NCBI GenBank assembly: GCA_043228905.1
Contig: JBHGNT010000003.1
Coordinates: 5,394,001 to 5,458,000, forward strand
DNA from: Azolla caroliniana
Taxonomy: Eukaryota > Plantae > Polypodiophyta
Direction: 5' to 3'
Length of the DNA: 64,000 bases
Position numbers and translations under genes: made by a program. The notes under the pieces are model-generated. The model saw nothing but the letters and a program-made list of their open reading frames with translations. It searched no databases and was not told where the DNA came from. Shown piece after piece: positions 14,371 to 27,700 of the stretch (the first letter of the stretch is position 1; each line of letters starts with the position of its first letter).

Positions 14371-14447
14371 AAATGCAGGCGTGGATGAATTTTAACTGAC
14401 GTTAGCGTGTCTTCTTCTTTCTGCATTACTACTGGCAAGGACAAAGG

Positions 14448-16352
14448 ATGTGGATAGACAACATTGCAAGAGACTTGCGGATGTATGCAGAGGAAGGTCG
14501 TGGCCAAGAGATCGTGAATCTCCTTGGGGAACTTTCTGACTCCAAGTTTGATACCGTGATCACTAAGTTCGATGAGAGTAACGGAGAGCTTCCTCTCCAT
14601 GTGGCTGTCAGGAATGGCCATGGATTGGATGTATTGGGTCAAATCTGCACAAAAAGAAATGGGGAGGACCTCATCCATGTGAGAACTAAGGGGGGCTACT
14701 CTGCCTTGCATTTAGCTGCTCTCCATGGGAACATTGAAGCTGTGGAGTGGCTTGTCAGCAAGCATCCTGCTGCTGCTGATTGCAACCTCCCTGATGAGGT
14801 GAGTTACAACAGACCCTTGCACCTCGCTGTTCTTCATGGGCACAAAGAGGTCGCTGCCCGACTCGTCGAAGCAGGAGCCTCGCTTACCCTCCAAAATGGT
14901 AAGAACATGATTCCTCTGGGGTTTTGCGAAGATCCAGAGATGTTCCGGGCCCTTTTCTCGCGCATCGACGATAGGAGAATCGAGAAGGAGATGATGTATT
15001 ACAGGGAAAAGTTGTACCCCTGCAAAACCATTCTGCATTATGCCGCTCTTCATTGCACAGATGAATCTTTGCTCAAAAGGCTTTACTTAGCTGCAGCCGG
15101 TATTCGGCCAAAACATCTACAAGGTCATCCATCAAGTAAGGAAGTATTAGAGCATGTTGATGAAGAAGGGAACCCATTCTTGCACAAGGCCGGAAAGCAT
15201 ATGTTGAAGGTGATCTTCGAGGGGCTGATTGGGGAGGAACGGGACTTCACAAAGCTGTTGGTCATGAATTGTGGATTATACGAAGCTTTCATGGGCAACA
15301 GACAGCTATATGATGAACTAGCGTCTGATGGGACGACTTCACAATTCCGTTTGGAATCTATGCAAGGGGAGCTTCTGTATAGACTCGAGCAATGGAGACA
15401 GGAGGTAGGCGGCGAGGCAAAGCAAGTCCTGAAGCAACCATGGACGAATTCTCTCCTTGCATATCTGGCTCTTTACCTTGGCAAACACGAGGTCTTGAAC
15501 TTCATACTGGATTCAAGATTGGAGTTCACTTTGAATCAACCGGATGCAGTGGAGAAGAGGTCATGCCTGCATTGGGCAGTGATACACAATCGAGTGGACA
15601 TTGTAGACAGGCTCTTTATCTGCTCCCTCAGCTGTTGCAAGGGAAAGAAGCACAAGCAAGAGATGGTCGGTTGTCGGATGAGGTTCAAGAAACCAAGCCC
15701 GAGCGTAGTGGATGGTGCAGGGATGACAGCATTCCATATCGCATTTAACCAGAAGAATGAGGTAATGATGCAGACCCTGATGAGGCAGAAGGAATTCAAT
15801 GAATACGAAGACAAATTGCTGAAGGATAGGGAAGTGTATGTGCAATCTGTGAATGCAATCTTGGTGGGTTCGGCATTGATAGCAGGTATCACATTTGCCG
15901 GATGGTTGCAAGTGCCCTCGCATGTGTTCGGAAACAGGGCGATGATTACCTTCTGGATCACCAACAGCTTGTCATTCGTCTTCGCAGTTGCAGCCATGGG
16001 TTTAAGCGTCGGGATCCTGTTACTCACACCCACGATCTACATCGGCCAAGTAGTGTTCGAGCTTCAAAGGGGTATCATGTACATTGCATTTCTCCTCATG
16101 TTCTCATTGGCGGGAGCCACGGTAGCATTTATAACTGCAGGTTTTGCAGCATTTGGGGATCAAGCTCCCCAACCAGAGTACAACATAGCGATGGGAACTG
16201 CGACAGGTCTCTGCGGCCTTGTTTGTGTTGTCATTCTAGCGTATTATACACGCCAAGTGAAACTTCACAGTTCCGCATATCGACAACAAAGGATCACATC
16301 CCATAACAATGAAGAGCATGAGCCTCCACGAGAAATAATAGACTTGGAGTAA
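14448..16352 (+). CDS. Ankyrin repeat + PGG-domain transmembrane protein (ACD6/ITN1-like class)
   Basis: Intact 634-aa ORF. Ankyrin motifs GELPLHVAV, GYSALHLAALHGNIEAVEWL, NRPLHLAVLHGHKEVAARLVEAGA, TILHYAA, SCLHWAV, GMTAFHIA. C-terminal NAILVGSALIAGITFAGWLQVP...FWITNSLSFVFA plus 4-5 hydrophobic helices. Confidence 0.9.
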   Translation: MWIDNIARDLRMYAEEGRGQEIVNLLGELSDSKFDTVITKFDESNGELPLHVAVRNGHGLDVLGQICTKRNGEDLIHVRTKGGYSALHLAALHGNIEAVEWLVSKHPAAADCNLPDEVSYNRPLHLAVLHGHKEVAARLVEAGASLTLQNGKNMIPLGFCEDPEMFRALFSRIDDRRIEKEMMYYREKLYPCKTILHYAALHCTDESLLKRLYLAAAGIRPKHLQGHPSSKEVLEHVDEEGNPFLHKAGKHMLKVIFEGLIGEERDFTKLLVMNCGLYEAFMGNRQLYDELASDGTTSQFRLESMQGELLYRLEQWRQEVGGEAKQVLKQPWTNSLLAYLALYLGKHEVLNFILDSRLEFTLNQPDAVEKRSCLHWAVIHNRVDIVDRLFICSLSCCKGKKHKQEMVGCRMRFKKPSPSVVDGAGMTAFHIAFNQKNEVMMQTLMRQKEFNEYEDKLLKDREVYVQSVNAILVGSALIAGITFAGWLQVPSHVFGNRAMITFWITNSLSFVFAVAAMGLSVGILLLTPTIYIGQVVFELQRGIMYIAFLLMFSLAGATVAFITAGFAAFGDQAPQPEYNIAMGTATGLCGLVCVVILAYYTRQVKLHSSAYRQQRITSHNNEEHEPPREIIDLE

Positions 16353-16725
16353 AGGTTTCTTCTAATGAACCAACACACTCAAGTGGTAACTGGCCCCACT
16401 TGAAAACCAAATGTATAAGCTCTTTTTAAATGTACTCAATAGTTATAATAGAAATGTTAAATTCTTGAAACTTCATCAGAGAAATGTGGTCCCCAGGAGC
16501 CTGCTCATCCTTGGAGCACTGGCAGGACGGCCCCCTTCACTGTACTTTCATTGATTACCTTCGCTATACACCGTCATCGAATCCAAATGGAATCAACGTA
16601 AATAAACAATTGAATCAATGATTTAAATTCCATACCATCGGCAGATCCATATGGACGAGGTAGCTCCATCTCTTAATCATCATCAGAAGAAGCTTCAGTC
16701 ACCTCACCGCTTCATCCAAACGTAT

Positions 16726-17830
16726 TGTTGCCTAGGAAGGTCGACCTAGAGTAGGAAAGGGCCAAAAGGCTAAATGAAGTATAGCCAAAGAATATGTAGC
16801 CGGACAAGTGTGAAGCCGAACAAGAACATAACTGAATAGCCAAGTAATATTATATGCCGAAAATTACTATATGTCGACATATATATATATATATATAGCC
16901 GAATGTAAATATTAGGTAGTTATAACTATTGTGTTAGTTGTCAAAACGACATTGTATTCTTGATGTAATGCATGAGCATTATACAAACTATTGGTCTATA
17001 AGTTGTTATTGATTTAACAGAGAATTATGTTTGGAGATTATTGTGTCTATGTTTTTTGAGTTTATAATTCTTAGTGTATTGTGCAGAGCCGATTGGTTGT
17101 AGGTGATTTGGGCAGTGTTCTATACAACTATCTTGAGTAGCCGATCCGGCATAACTTATGAACTTAACCTTTCTAATAGTTTCTAATTGTTAAGTCCATA
17201 CCTCCAACCACAACCTTTGGTGATGGATACTTAGGGATCAAGGATTCGATCCGTGCTTTTCTAGAGAATAGAACAACACAATTTCTCTTGCAAGGTTTGA
17301 TTTGTGTGAGACAGTGAACATTGGAGGATGGATGTTGTTCAATCTGAGTGATGACAACACATCTGCGAGACATAGAGCACCATGTAATTGGCCAAATCCA
17401 ACATGTCGGGAACGAATCTGACAAGAGGTTGAAGAAGATTTTACAGTATTTCCTAGCTTAGAGATTTCCCCTGACAGTAGTTCGGATGGTGAAACGTTTG
17501 ACAATCAAGTTGAACAATCAAGTAACTGCCACACAAGCAACGAGTCCCTAATACCGAATGACCAATTCAACGAGCCAATTAGATTTCAAGAAGAAGACAC
17601 AATTCCTTACCCTTAAAGTATAACGACGAGCCTGATGCTGAAGCACATGTGCTTGATTTCTTTACCATACGGCAGGCAAACCATGTGTCACAAAGATTGT
17701 CACAAGCCGACGTGGACGCTCAATTGTTATGTGATGTGCCGAGTGTTGGAAATGCATGTAAACAAGGGAAAAAGGATGAAGTAAAGGCGTGGGCCAAAAG
17801 GGTAGAAAGAGGCACAACATGATTTAAGGG
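16726..17830 (+). mobile_element. Degenerate LTR-retrotransposon remnant (LTR-like segment plus gag-like fragment)
   Basis: TG-initiated AT-rich segment with (TA)n, then a fragment reading DEPDAEAHVLDFFTIRQANH that resembles a Gypsy gag N-terminus; boundaries uncertain. Confidence 0.35.
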
Positions 17831-18715
17831 GATTTTATTCCTTTTCCTCCTTTTCACCAGGCGGTTGACCGCCACCGCCACCGCCATTGCCTCTGCGAGT
17901 TCAATTCCCCCCATTTTGAACTTCTTTGCAGCCCTCTTTCACGTCAAGTTCACCAAAGATGTCGCGAAAATTCGCGGGCATGTGTAAGATCTTGGGCGGG
18001 ACCACAGGGGTCTTGAACCAAGGGGCCTGTGGGAGTAGGAAGGTCTACTGTGTGTATGTGCCAGATCGGTTATCGAATAATGAGCAACAATCACACGACT
18101 CAGGACTCAGGTAAATGTGAGCAGCGGACAAAGGTAGGATGGGGATGCGAATGCAATATGAAGAGAGCAATAAGATTTAACAATGAAATGAAATAGATTA
18201 AAGCAAGGGGAGTATACAATCGGTATCAAAGCTACGTGCTCTCTGAACACACACACGCATAGAGACGGAACGATGAACCTCTAGTCGAGAGCTCACGGGC
18301 TTCCTGCATGATCAGAGGCTTCACCTTTAGAATAGAGCACAAGACACAGAGAGAGTGAGAGAGCTTGTCCTCAAAGTGACAATGCTTCATCCTCCCCAAA
18401 TCGTCGATTTCTAACACAATCTCGAGCCTCCCCTTTTATAGTGCACAGGGCATGGGGAGCCGTTCCATCACCAATAAAGGTAGTCATTTTCCGGTAGAGA
18501 TCTCCCTCGATTTCCTCACATCAAATCCTGATATTCCTCTCTCTATCCGTGCGAGACTTAAAGTACCCATTAAATCCTACTCCTTAGCACTTACTAGTCC
18601 TATGTTATTTACATATGTTCATACATAATAGCTTAACTTTTGTGTGCATCCATGCACATACCTGTTCACGCGCGTCCGGCCCCATTCCACTTTATGGTCG
18701 GAATCCTTCACGACA
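17830..18715 (-). mobile_element. Truncated tRNA-Trp-primed Gypsy: 5' LTR (17960-18715), PBS and gag start
   Basis: LTR tgtcg...cgaca; degenerate PBS at 17939-17955; ORF start MGGIELAEAMAVAVAVNRLV resembles gag MKGSDLAEAMASAVDRIL of element B. Confidence 0.7.
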
Positions 18716-18931
18716 ACGCTACAGCTAACCCTATATGTGGGCCTTCCTTTTCCTTCACCTTTTCCCACTTGGTCGACTTAGGCGTTGTCGTGAAGATTTT
18801 CGGCAATAGTGTGAAAATCCCATAAAACGTACGAAATCGAGTATGAATCACATAGTACAATAATTGTGAAGATAACATTTTAAATAGATTTAATATCTAA
18901 GTACAAAATGATGGAGGTTTCGAATGCACTT

Positions 18932-19957
18932 TATTACACGAGAAACGGACAACTAAATGTCAAGATATGAGGGTATAAAGTTTGTAAAAGGAAAGGAGAA
19001 AATTGTGAGATATACCACATAGGCACGACAAATACAGCTCTCATCATATATAAGGTAGAGCAAAAGATATTATCTTTGTGTCTATGTGTAGAGCATAGAG
19101 AGTTCAAGGTAACTTGAACTAAGAGTGGAGGTGGGCTAGCTACTCATAAAGGGTTTTGGCCAACCAAAACCGGACCGGCGATGGAGCCGGTGATCCGACA
19201 ACGGTGATCCGATGGCATCCGACGGCAATCCGGCGGCGGCATCCGGCGACGGCATCCGGCGACGGCACCGGCATCCGGCACCGGTATCCGGCGACGACAT
19301 CCGGTATTACACGAGAAATAGACAACTAAATGTCAAGATATGAGGGTATAAAGTTTGTAAAAGGAAAGGAGAAAATTGTGAGATATACCACATAGGCACG
19401 ACAAATACAGCTCTCATCATATATAAGGTAGAGCAAAAGATATTATCTTTGTGTCTATGTGTAGAGCATAGAGAGTTCAAGGTAACTTGAACTAAGAGTG
19501 GAGGTGGGCTAGCTACTCATAAAGGGTTTTGGTCAACCAAAACCGGACCGGCGATGGAGCCGGTGATCCGACAACGGTGATCCGATGGCATCCGACGGCA
19601 ATCCGGCGGCGGCATCCGGCGACGGCATCCGGCGACGGCACCGGCATCCGGCACCGGTATCCGGCGACGACATCCGGTATTACACGAGAAATAGACAACT
19701 AAATGTCAAGATATGAGGGTATAAAGTTTGTAAAAGGAAAGGAGAAAATTGTGAGATATCCCACATAGGCACGACAAATACAACTCTCATCATATATAAG
19801 GTGGAGCAAAAGATATTATCTTTGTGTCTATGTGTGGAGCATAGAGAGTTCAAGGTAACTTGAACTAAGAGTGGAGATGGGCTAGCTACTCGTAAAGCAT
19901 TTTGGCCAACCAAAACCGGACCGGTGATGGAGCCGGTGATCCGACGGCAATCCGGCG
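18932..19957 (+). repeat. Tandem repeat with a 373-bp unit, about 2.7 copies, containing CCGG-rich sub-repeats
   Basis: Units start tattacacgagaaa at 18932, 19305 and 19678; near-identical ORFs at 19140 and 19513 are 373 bp apart. Confidence 0.92.
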
Positions 19958-20000
19958 ACTAGATAAATAAATATATATACATATATGTATACAAGGAAGG

Positions 20001-20064
20001 CAAGTAAGGATTCGAACCTTGCACCTCCAAGTTAGGAGTCAATTGGCTTACCATTAAGCCATGC
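20001..20064 (-). promoter_or_regulatory. tRNA-like Pol III A-box/B-box module in LTR I
   Basis: Minus strand: TGGCTTAATGG ... GGTTCGAATCC. Confidence 0.55.
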
Positions 20065-21777
20065 TATTTAGTTGAAATTATATTTCTATCATAGTTCTTT
20101 TACATGTAAATTCTCATACATGAGAGCTAAATATGAGTGACATGGTTATCATGCACCACATGTAATACATAAGCGCCAAATGGCAAACATGCAATTTATG
20201 CATGTCTTGTACCCTCACATGCATCATATGCATGAGAGCATCTATAAAAGAGGGAAGGGGGAGGAGAAAAGACACGGTTTTTTTTATTATGAAAATTTAG
20301 AGGAAGAAATTCGTTATCAAATTGATCGTGTAACTTGTTTCTTAAATCTAAAGTTAAAACTTCAATCAATCTCTCTCAATCATGTGATCTCAACTTCTCT
20401 CTTTCCCAATCTATCTTAAGTACTTTCTCGCTAAAGCTTACGCCAAAGCTTGTACCGACTTTGAATCCTTCCGGTCCAGAACCCCGGCGGTTCCGCCTCA
20501 CGATCCGCGCGTAGTCACGGATCTTCAAGACAACGTGATGAGAACTAGTGCGGAATATTGCTCGGCCACAACCGAGTCTTGAATCACTGGATAGAAGAAC
20601 ACACACAGTAAACAGGAATAGAGGTTAATACATGTACATAGTGAACAATAGAGGACACAAGATGTTTACGTGGAAAACCCTAATCGGGAAAAACCATGGG
20701 AGCCCACAGACTCTGAACTCTGAACTAATCGATCGGTCCCAACTGGTTCGGCTTAATCGATCGGTCCCAACCGATCCGGTCCTCGGCTTGCTCAGCCGAT
20801 CCGGCTGATGTTGAGCTTGTCTCTTAACACTCCCCCTCAAGCTCAACTTGAGGCTCTTAGGGATCTTCCGGATCACTACTCCGGTTCCTCCTAGCTCCAC
20901 GCCTCGCTCATGCTCCTCAGCCTGTTCGACTCCGCGCACTTCGACCCTTCCGGTCGGCTTGTCTACTCCCACGGCCCTTCATAGCTCCCTTGTTGTCGCG
21001 GTGTTGGCGCTTCTCCTGCTGCCTTCCTTTCTGCTTGGCCCTCGGTTGATTCAGTGTATCCAAATCAAACATCCGAGCCGACTCGGCTACCTTCGACCGG
21101 TTTTCGCTCTCATCCGAGTTGGCTATCTCCAACTCGTCTTCGGTCTTCTTGCCCTTGACGGCGTCATCTCCCCCATACTTGATTCGCTTCGGCTCTTTCT
21201 TTCGGCTGCTCCCCTTACGTCCGCTTTTGGACTCTTCCGCGGATCCGCCCTCGGCTTCTTCATCATCCGAAGTCGAATTCGTCATCCGACTCGGTGTCGC
21301 GGTCTTCGTCTTTCAGAACTTCTCTCCCTCTTCCGTGGTCATTTGGGACGTCTCTCCCCCAGACGTTCGGCACGTCGAGGTGACGCAACCCAAGCGTACC
21401 CGAGAATTGACGCAACTTGTCCAGACCAAGAGGCTTGGTGAAGATGTCGGCAGTTTGCCGATCCGTCGGAACATACTGAAGTTCAACTTCACTAGAAAGG
21501 ACATGCTCACGGACAAAATGGTAGTGCACCTCAATGTGCTGGGTCCGTGCGTGGAAAACGGGGTTCTTCGCGAGCTAGATGCTGTTGAGGTTGGCGCAGT
21601 AGATCGTCGTCGGATCGGACACCTCCTTTTGTAGGTCCTTAAGTAGCCACTGCAACCATATGGCTTCGCATGTCACGATAGCCGCTCCTCGGTACTCAAC
21701 TTCGGTGCTCGACAACGCAACTGTCGGCTGCTTCTTACTGCTCCACGCTATCGCGACACTCCCAAGAGAGAACGCGT

Positions 21778-24700
21778 TATCGTGAAGAAAACCGTCCACA
21801 AGCGGAATCGGTGCACCGTAGCGTAGGAACCGGCTCTTCATGCACGAACGCCTTATGTTGTACATAAGAGAGAATTAGGTACATAGAAGATCCTAGGTAG
21901 ATAGATTCGGTAGGTAGGAAGTTAATGGGAAACGGCTCCTTCCTTGCCTATAAAAGGAGGGAGACGAAGAGAGGACGGGGATCGCGGTTAGAGAGGACGA
22001 AGTGCTGTCGGGTTGTCAGCCGAAGGCTTCTCTCTCTTCCATACGCCGTAGCTTCTTTCTGTGCAGGTTTTCGGGAGGCTCGTGCTGCTCTGAGGAATGC
22101 CCGAGTGCTTCCGGCAGCACCTCCAACCTACTCCCTTCTTTCTGAGTGCTTACGAACAGGCATCGGCATCTGTTCGCCGGCCTGGTCGGTTGTAACCAAC
22201 TTCGTGCTTCTTGTTGTTTGTCTTTGTTAATATATATATATACATACATTCGTGTCTCTCGGCGTCGGTGTCCCACTCGCGTCTTTGTGTCGAAGGGCCG
22301 TGTCCCTGTGAATCTACGCTCGCGCGTAGTGGGTCCTTTCCCTTCTCCCTTGTCTCTTGCTCTTCGGTACAAGACCCCCGAGGCCCCGCCTCATTCCACG
22401 CATCCGCGAGGAATACCTCGACATCTTGGTGAACCCGACGTGAAGGAGGCGGCAGAAGAGCAGAAGATGAAGGGGTCGGATCTTGCGGAGGCCATGGCTT
22501 CGGCCGTGGATCGGATATTGAGCGCACGCGAGGGCACCGGCGCCCTCGACAGAGCCATTGAGGTGGTCGTTGGTACGATAGGCCGGTTCAGCGGAAAGGA
22601 TGCCACGAAGTATTTGGCGTCCTACGGGGCAGAAATGCTGATGCGGGACATTCTGGAAGAGAGGCGTCTTGTCGGGTTCCCTCGAGTGGCGATGCCGAGC
22701 ATCCATGCGGAGGTGCTCGAGGTACGGGCGGAGAGCCGTACCTGGGAGGAGTTCGAAGGCCGACTCCTAGAAAAATACGGGCTGGACGACGCGCTCCGGC
22801 TTTCGAAACGGGACTTCATGGAATGGGTGGAGTCCCCCGGCAAGGGAAGAAACGCGTCGGCACTCCTTCGGGAGTTTGAGGAACGCTTTGCGCGCCTTTC
22901 GGTGCTTGACCGAACCGTTCTGGATACGAGCCGGGTCCTACTGTTCGTCAAGTCGGTGGACGAGCGGGACCGGGATCAAGTCGGCTCCTTGCTAGAAACC
23001 GAAGACGGGCTGACGACCGACTGGGCTGCGGTGAAGAGAGTTTGTGGCCGTTTCGACAAACGGCGAGAATGGGCTGACAATGGGGCGACCGGAGCGGGCT
23101 CTGTCACAGCAAGGAGGCTTGAACCGGCACCACAAGGGCGAAGGGCAGAGACCTGGGAGTGGCTCGAAACCGGTTCGGCTCCGACCGGCGTGATCAATGA
23201 CTCGTCCGGAGGAGCAACGCTGGAGGAGTTGACGCGGGCACTAAAGGATCTCCAGATCGCCCAGACTCGAAGGGAAGGCGGCGAACTGGCTCGTGACCGA
23301 CGACCGGCAGCAGGGAACAGGTGCATGTGGTGCGACGAGGTCGGCCACATTCGGAAGGACTGCGGCGATTTCATAGAGGCGTTGAGGAACTGGGTGGTGT
23401 ACCTATGGGAAGGCCGGGTGCACGCCGGCGATACTAGAAGGGCCTTGAACCGGAATGACGGGCGAGGAGGTATGAAGAGACTGATGGAAGAGGCAGCGGC
23501 CCGACACGTGGAGGCCATCCACTACTCGGCGTCGGCCGGTATTCGGGTCGGGGGCAGCGAGGCCCGAAAGGAGAGCAAAGACGGATCCTGGTCGGCAATG
23601 CTGGAAGGCCTCGCCGGCGCACGGTTGAGGAAAGATGAAGCGGACCGCGCTGAGAGACGGGTCCGGGAAATAACCGGGTGGAGCGACCCGGTCGAGGAGA
23701 AGACGGGCTTCGTAGAAGCCGCCTGCCGGAACTACGAGGCTCTGGTAGAAGACAAACGAGTGGGGAAAGCCGGAGCGGCCGGGCCCTCACAACGGTACGA
23801 GACCCGATTTGGGCAACGACGGAACGATGCCGGTGGGTCCAGCGCGCAAGATAACCCCAGGAAGGGCGGATACCGACTGGGGATGGAAATAGAAAGGACC
23901 ACGGACCTACGAAAGGTCCTAGAAGAACGGATCCTCGACAGCAAAGTGGAGATGTCATTGTGGGAGGTGCTAGGGATCGCTAAGAAGGAGTTCCACGACT
24001 CCATTGTGGACTTGGTGAAGCGGAAGAGGCTATCGACGGAGACGGAACCGGAAAGACCGGTGCAGGTACGGACGACGCACATCGACGACTTGGCACTGGA
24101 AGATGTGGGCGGAGAGCCACTATTCAAGGCCACACTGGGCCCGAGCGACCACGCAGACCCCGGTAAAGATCGGAGATGTTCGGGAACCGGTGGTGGCATT
24201 GGTGGACCACGGTTCGGAAATAAACCTGATGTCCATGGACTTCTATAAGAAGGGAAAGTGGCCGATCAACACCAAGCACAGGTGGAAGATACGGGCGGCG
24301 GCGCGCGCCACCGAGGAACTGCACTGGGCCTGCTCGAACGTGCGAGTCAAGATCGGCGACGTCGAGATTGACCAGCACTTCTTCGTACAGGAGACGTCTT
24401 CGCACCCGGTCATATTAGGGGAACCATACATCACGGCGGCGCGGATGGAGACCAAGGTGGTAGACAACGGTTCGGCCTACACGAGGGTCAAAAGCCAGGA
24501 CGGGCGCCATTCGGTCCAATTCCTGACGGTGCGACCGAATCACGAGCGAAACCGCGAATCCCTCGGTGGCGAGAACCGGGAGGATTTTAGAGAGGGCTGC
24601 CAAGGCGTGGGGCCGAGACAGTCCGGACACTCGGGAAAGACCCCACAGTTGTACGATAGAACCAAAACCGAAGAAACCCTGTACGATAAGTAAAAAATTT

Positions 24701-27700
24701 TGCGTCTCCAACAACGGAGGGTGTATGATAGTCGGCATCGTTAGCCGAGAAAAGGCAAGGGCGGAAGTGCGACTTCGAGCGTGCGGATTTCTCGGCCCGG
24801 ACGAGGAAATCAGCGGAGCCGTGGAGGCGGTCTCCTTCGACGACACCTTGGGAATGCTGAGGAAGGTAGCCGGAGAAGACCTTAACGAAGATCGGACGAT
24901 ACCGGTATGTTCCGAAGAGATGTACGAAGTCATCGCGAACTTCAGTCAGGGGCTCGAGCCGGATCGGACGGCCCGAGTTAGCACGAAGTACAAGACTGTG
25001 GACCGGAAGGTAAGGCCAGTCGCGGCACCCTTACTGGAGGGCAGAGAATCCCGAATCAGAGGGGTTGCGTCGGACCCCAGTTTACGAGATCCGGTCTGCA
25101 TAGGTCACACCTTCACCGACGGGACGCTCCGGGAGCTCAAAATCGGTGGGGGCGGGTTCTTACTGCCGGCGGAGGAAGACCGGTTTCGGAGAATGCTCGG
25201 AAGGCACGGGAAAGCCTTCGCATTCTCGCCGGAAGAGATCGGGTGCGTAGACCCGACAATCGTGGAGCCGATGGTGATATTCACGGTACCGCATGTACCG
25301 TGGAATCTCAAGCCGATTCCAGTACCGAGAGCTCATATCCCGAAGTTGATGGAGCTATTGAGGCAGAAAGTCGATATGGGCATTCTCGAACCGTCAAGTG
25401 CCCCATACTCGAACCGATGGTTTACCGTACCAAAGAAAAACGGAACATTGCGCTTCATTCAAGACCTGCAGCCGGTCAATAGAGTGACCATTCGGAACGC
25501 AGGAATCGGACTGACCATAGACGAGTTCGCGGAGGCCTTCGCGGGAAGGTCTCGCCGGAAGGTCGATTTACTCGGTCGGTGATTTGTATTCGGGGTACGA
25601 CCAGTTCCAGCTAGCCGTGGAGAGCAGAGACATTACGACGATGCGAACCCCCCTCGGCCTAGTGCCACAAGGAGGGACCAACTCGGTGGCCCACATGGTG
25701 AATGCAATGAACAAGGTACTGAGGGATTGCATCCCAGACATCACCATGCCATTTCTAGACGACATCCCGATCAAGGGGTGCCCGGTGGAAGAGAAGGACG
25801 AGACACTCGGGCCGGACGGATGCCGGCGATTCGTGGCAACACACATCGACGACTGCGAGAAGGTGCTACAAAGGCTAGAGGTTGCGAGGCTCACCTTCTC
25901 CGGGGAGAAATCGGCCTTCGGGCAATCAGAAATCCTGGTGGTCGGACACCTATGTGGACCATATGGCCAGAAGCCGTCTCCGGCAAAAGTAGAAGCCATC
26001 TCCACGATGAAGACCGACTGTAGCTCGGTTACGGAAGTTCGGAGGTTCCTGGGGGCGTGCGCATTCTACCACATATGGATCCTGCATTACGCCCACATTG
26101 CGGAGCCGCTATACGGGTTGCTGAAGAAAGGGCGAAAATTCGAGTGGCGAGACGAGCACACGGAGTCGGTCCGGAAGCTGAAGGAAGCTCTTGCTGCATC
26201 ACCGACGCTCCGGAAGGCTGTCTACGAGAAGGGTACCCCGGTATACATAACGGTGGATACGAGTCCGACCGGGATCGGATGGGTCGTCAACCAAGAAGAC
26301 GAGGACGGCATTCGGTTCCCGATTCGATTCGGCGCGAAGGTCCTCAGTGAGCGACAACGAGGGTACGCCTAGATTAAACGCGAACTCTGGGGTATCGTTT
26401 CGGCAGTAAAGGCTGACAAAGACTACCTGATCGGGACAGAAGTGATTATCGAGACGGATGGCCTCCCAATTCTCGGCATGGTTTCCGGATGCGCGACACC
26501 GGACCTGGCGATGCTCAGGTGGATAACGTACATCAAGTCCCTGGATCCGGAAATACGACACATTTCCGGAAAGGACAACGCCATGGCCGACATGCTTTCG
26601 AGGGCGAGGTTTGATGACGAGGGCGGCATGGTTTCGGAGGACGAAGAAGTCGGCGTGGACTTTTTTGAGGCGGTGTACATGAAGACCGATGGGGCGAGCA
26701 CTCCGGCACTTAACAGCTTCGACGAGAGCAAGTACGACGGCGAGTGGCTACAGATCGGTGGGTTTTTGAGGACAATGACGCCGGATGCGTCATGGACGAG
26801 GGATGAGGCCAACCGGATCCGGAAGAAAGCATACCGATTCTTTCTCCGAGACGGATACTTATGGAAGCACCCGAAGAAGAGGAACGGCGTCCCGCTCCGG
26901 GTGGTGGCGATGAAGGAAGAACAAGAGGAGCTGCTGACGGCCTACCACGACAGCCCTTGCGCTGGACACCGCGGAACGTGGGCCACGTTCGAGAAGATAA
27001 AGGGGAAGTACTGGTGGTCGGGACTGTACCGGGACGTGCATCGGTTCGTGACAACTTGTGAGAGCTGTCAGATGCACTCCATAGTCCGACATCGGGACGA
27101 GCTTCACCCTACGTACCCTCCGACCATCCACTTCAAATGGATGGTAGATCTCGTGACGATGCCGATGGGAGTAGGACAAATGCGGTATCTGGTCCTGGCT
27201 CGGGAAGATCTGACGAACCAGGTGGAAGGCCGAGCCCTTCAGAACAAAACGACCGCGGCCGTATGTTGGTTCCTGATCGAGGACGTGATATGCCGGTACG
27301 GGTGTGTTGGGAAGATCGTGGCTGATCGCGGGGAGTTGGACGCCAAAGAGGCCGAGGAGCTATTCGACCGGCTAGAAGTCAAGCTCTCGCTTACCACTGC
27401 GTACAATCTGGAGGCGAATGGGAAGGTGGAGCGCGGACACGGACCGATCGTCAAGGCGTTAGTTCGGGCATGCGGAGGTCAAGTCGGGAACTGGCCGTAG
27501 CTGTTGCCTTACGCGTTGTGGGCGGACCGAACTACGCACAGTTCGGTAACCGGATTCATGCCGGCAGAGCTCATGTTTGGGCAGAAGCCGATCATGCCGA
27601 TGGAACGTACGATCTCCTCATGGGCAACCGTGGACTGGAGAGACGAGATGAGCCGGGAGGAACTGTTGGCGGCGCGCATGCGACAGCTCGAGCGAAGACC

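Larger units (their letters stand above)
18786..20532 (+). mobile_element. Solo LTR I, expanded by an internal tandem array
   Basis: Starts tgtcgtgaagattt and ends tcttcaagaca; flanks GCGT/ACGT; its 3' 550 bp is homologous to the reverse complement of the LTR at 49949-50631; TATA-like tctataaaag at about 20241. Confidence 0.7.

Noticed and set aside
19140-19913. Repeated 61-aa ORFs and a possible CRISPR-like array
   Set aside because: They arise from the 373-bp tandem repeat; there are no unique spacers and the context is eukaryotic.
20001-20064. Functional tRNA gene
   Set aside because: A and B boxes are present but I could not form convincing acceptor or anticodon stems; kept only as a tRNA-like module.
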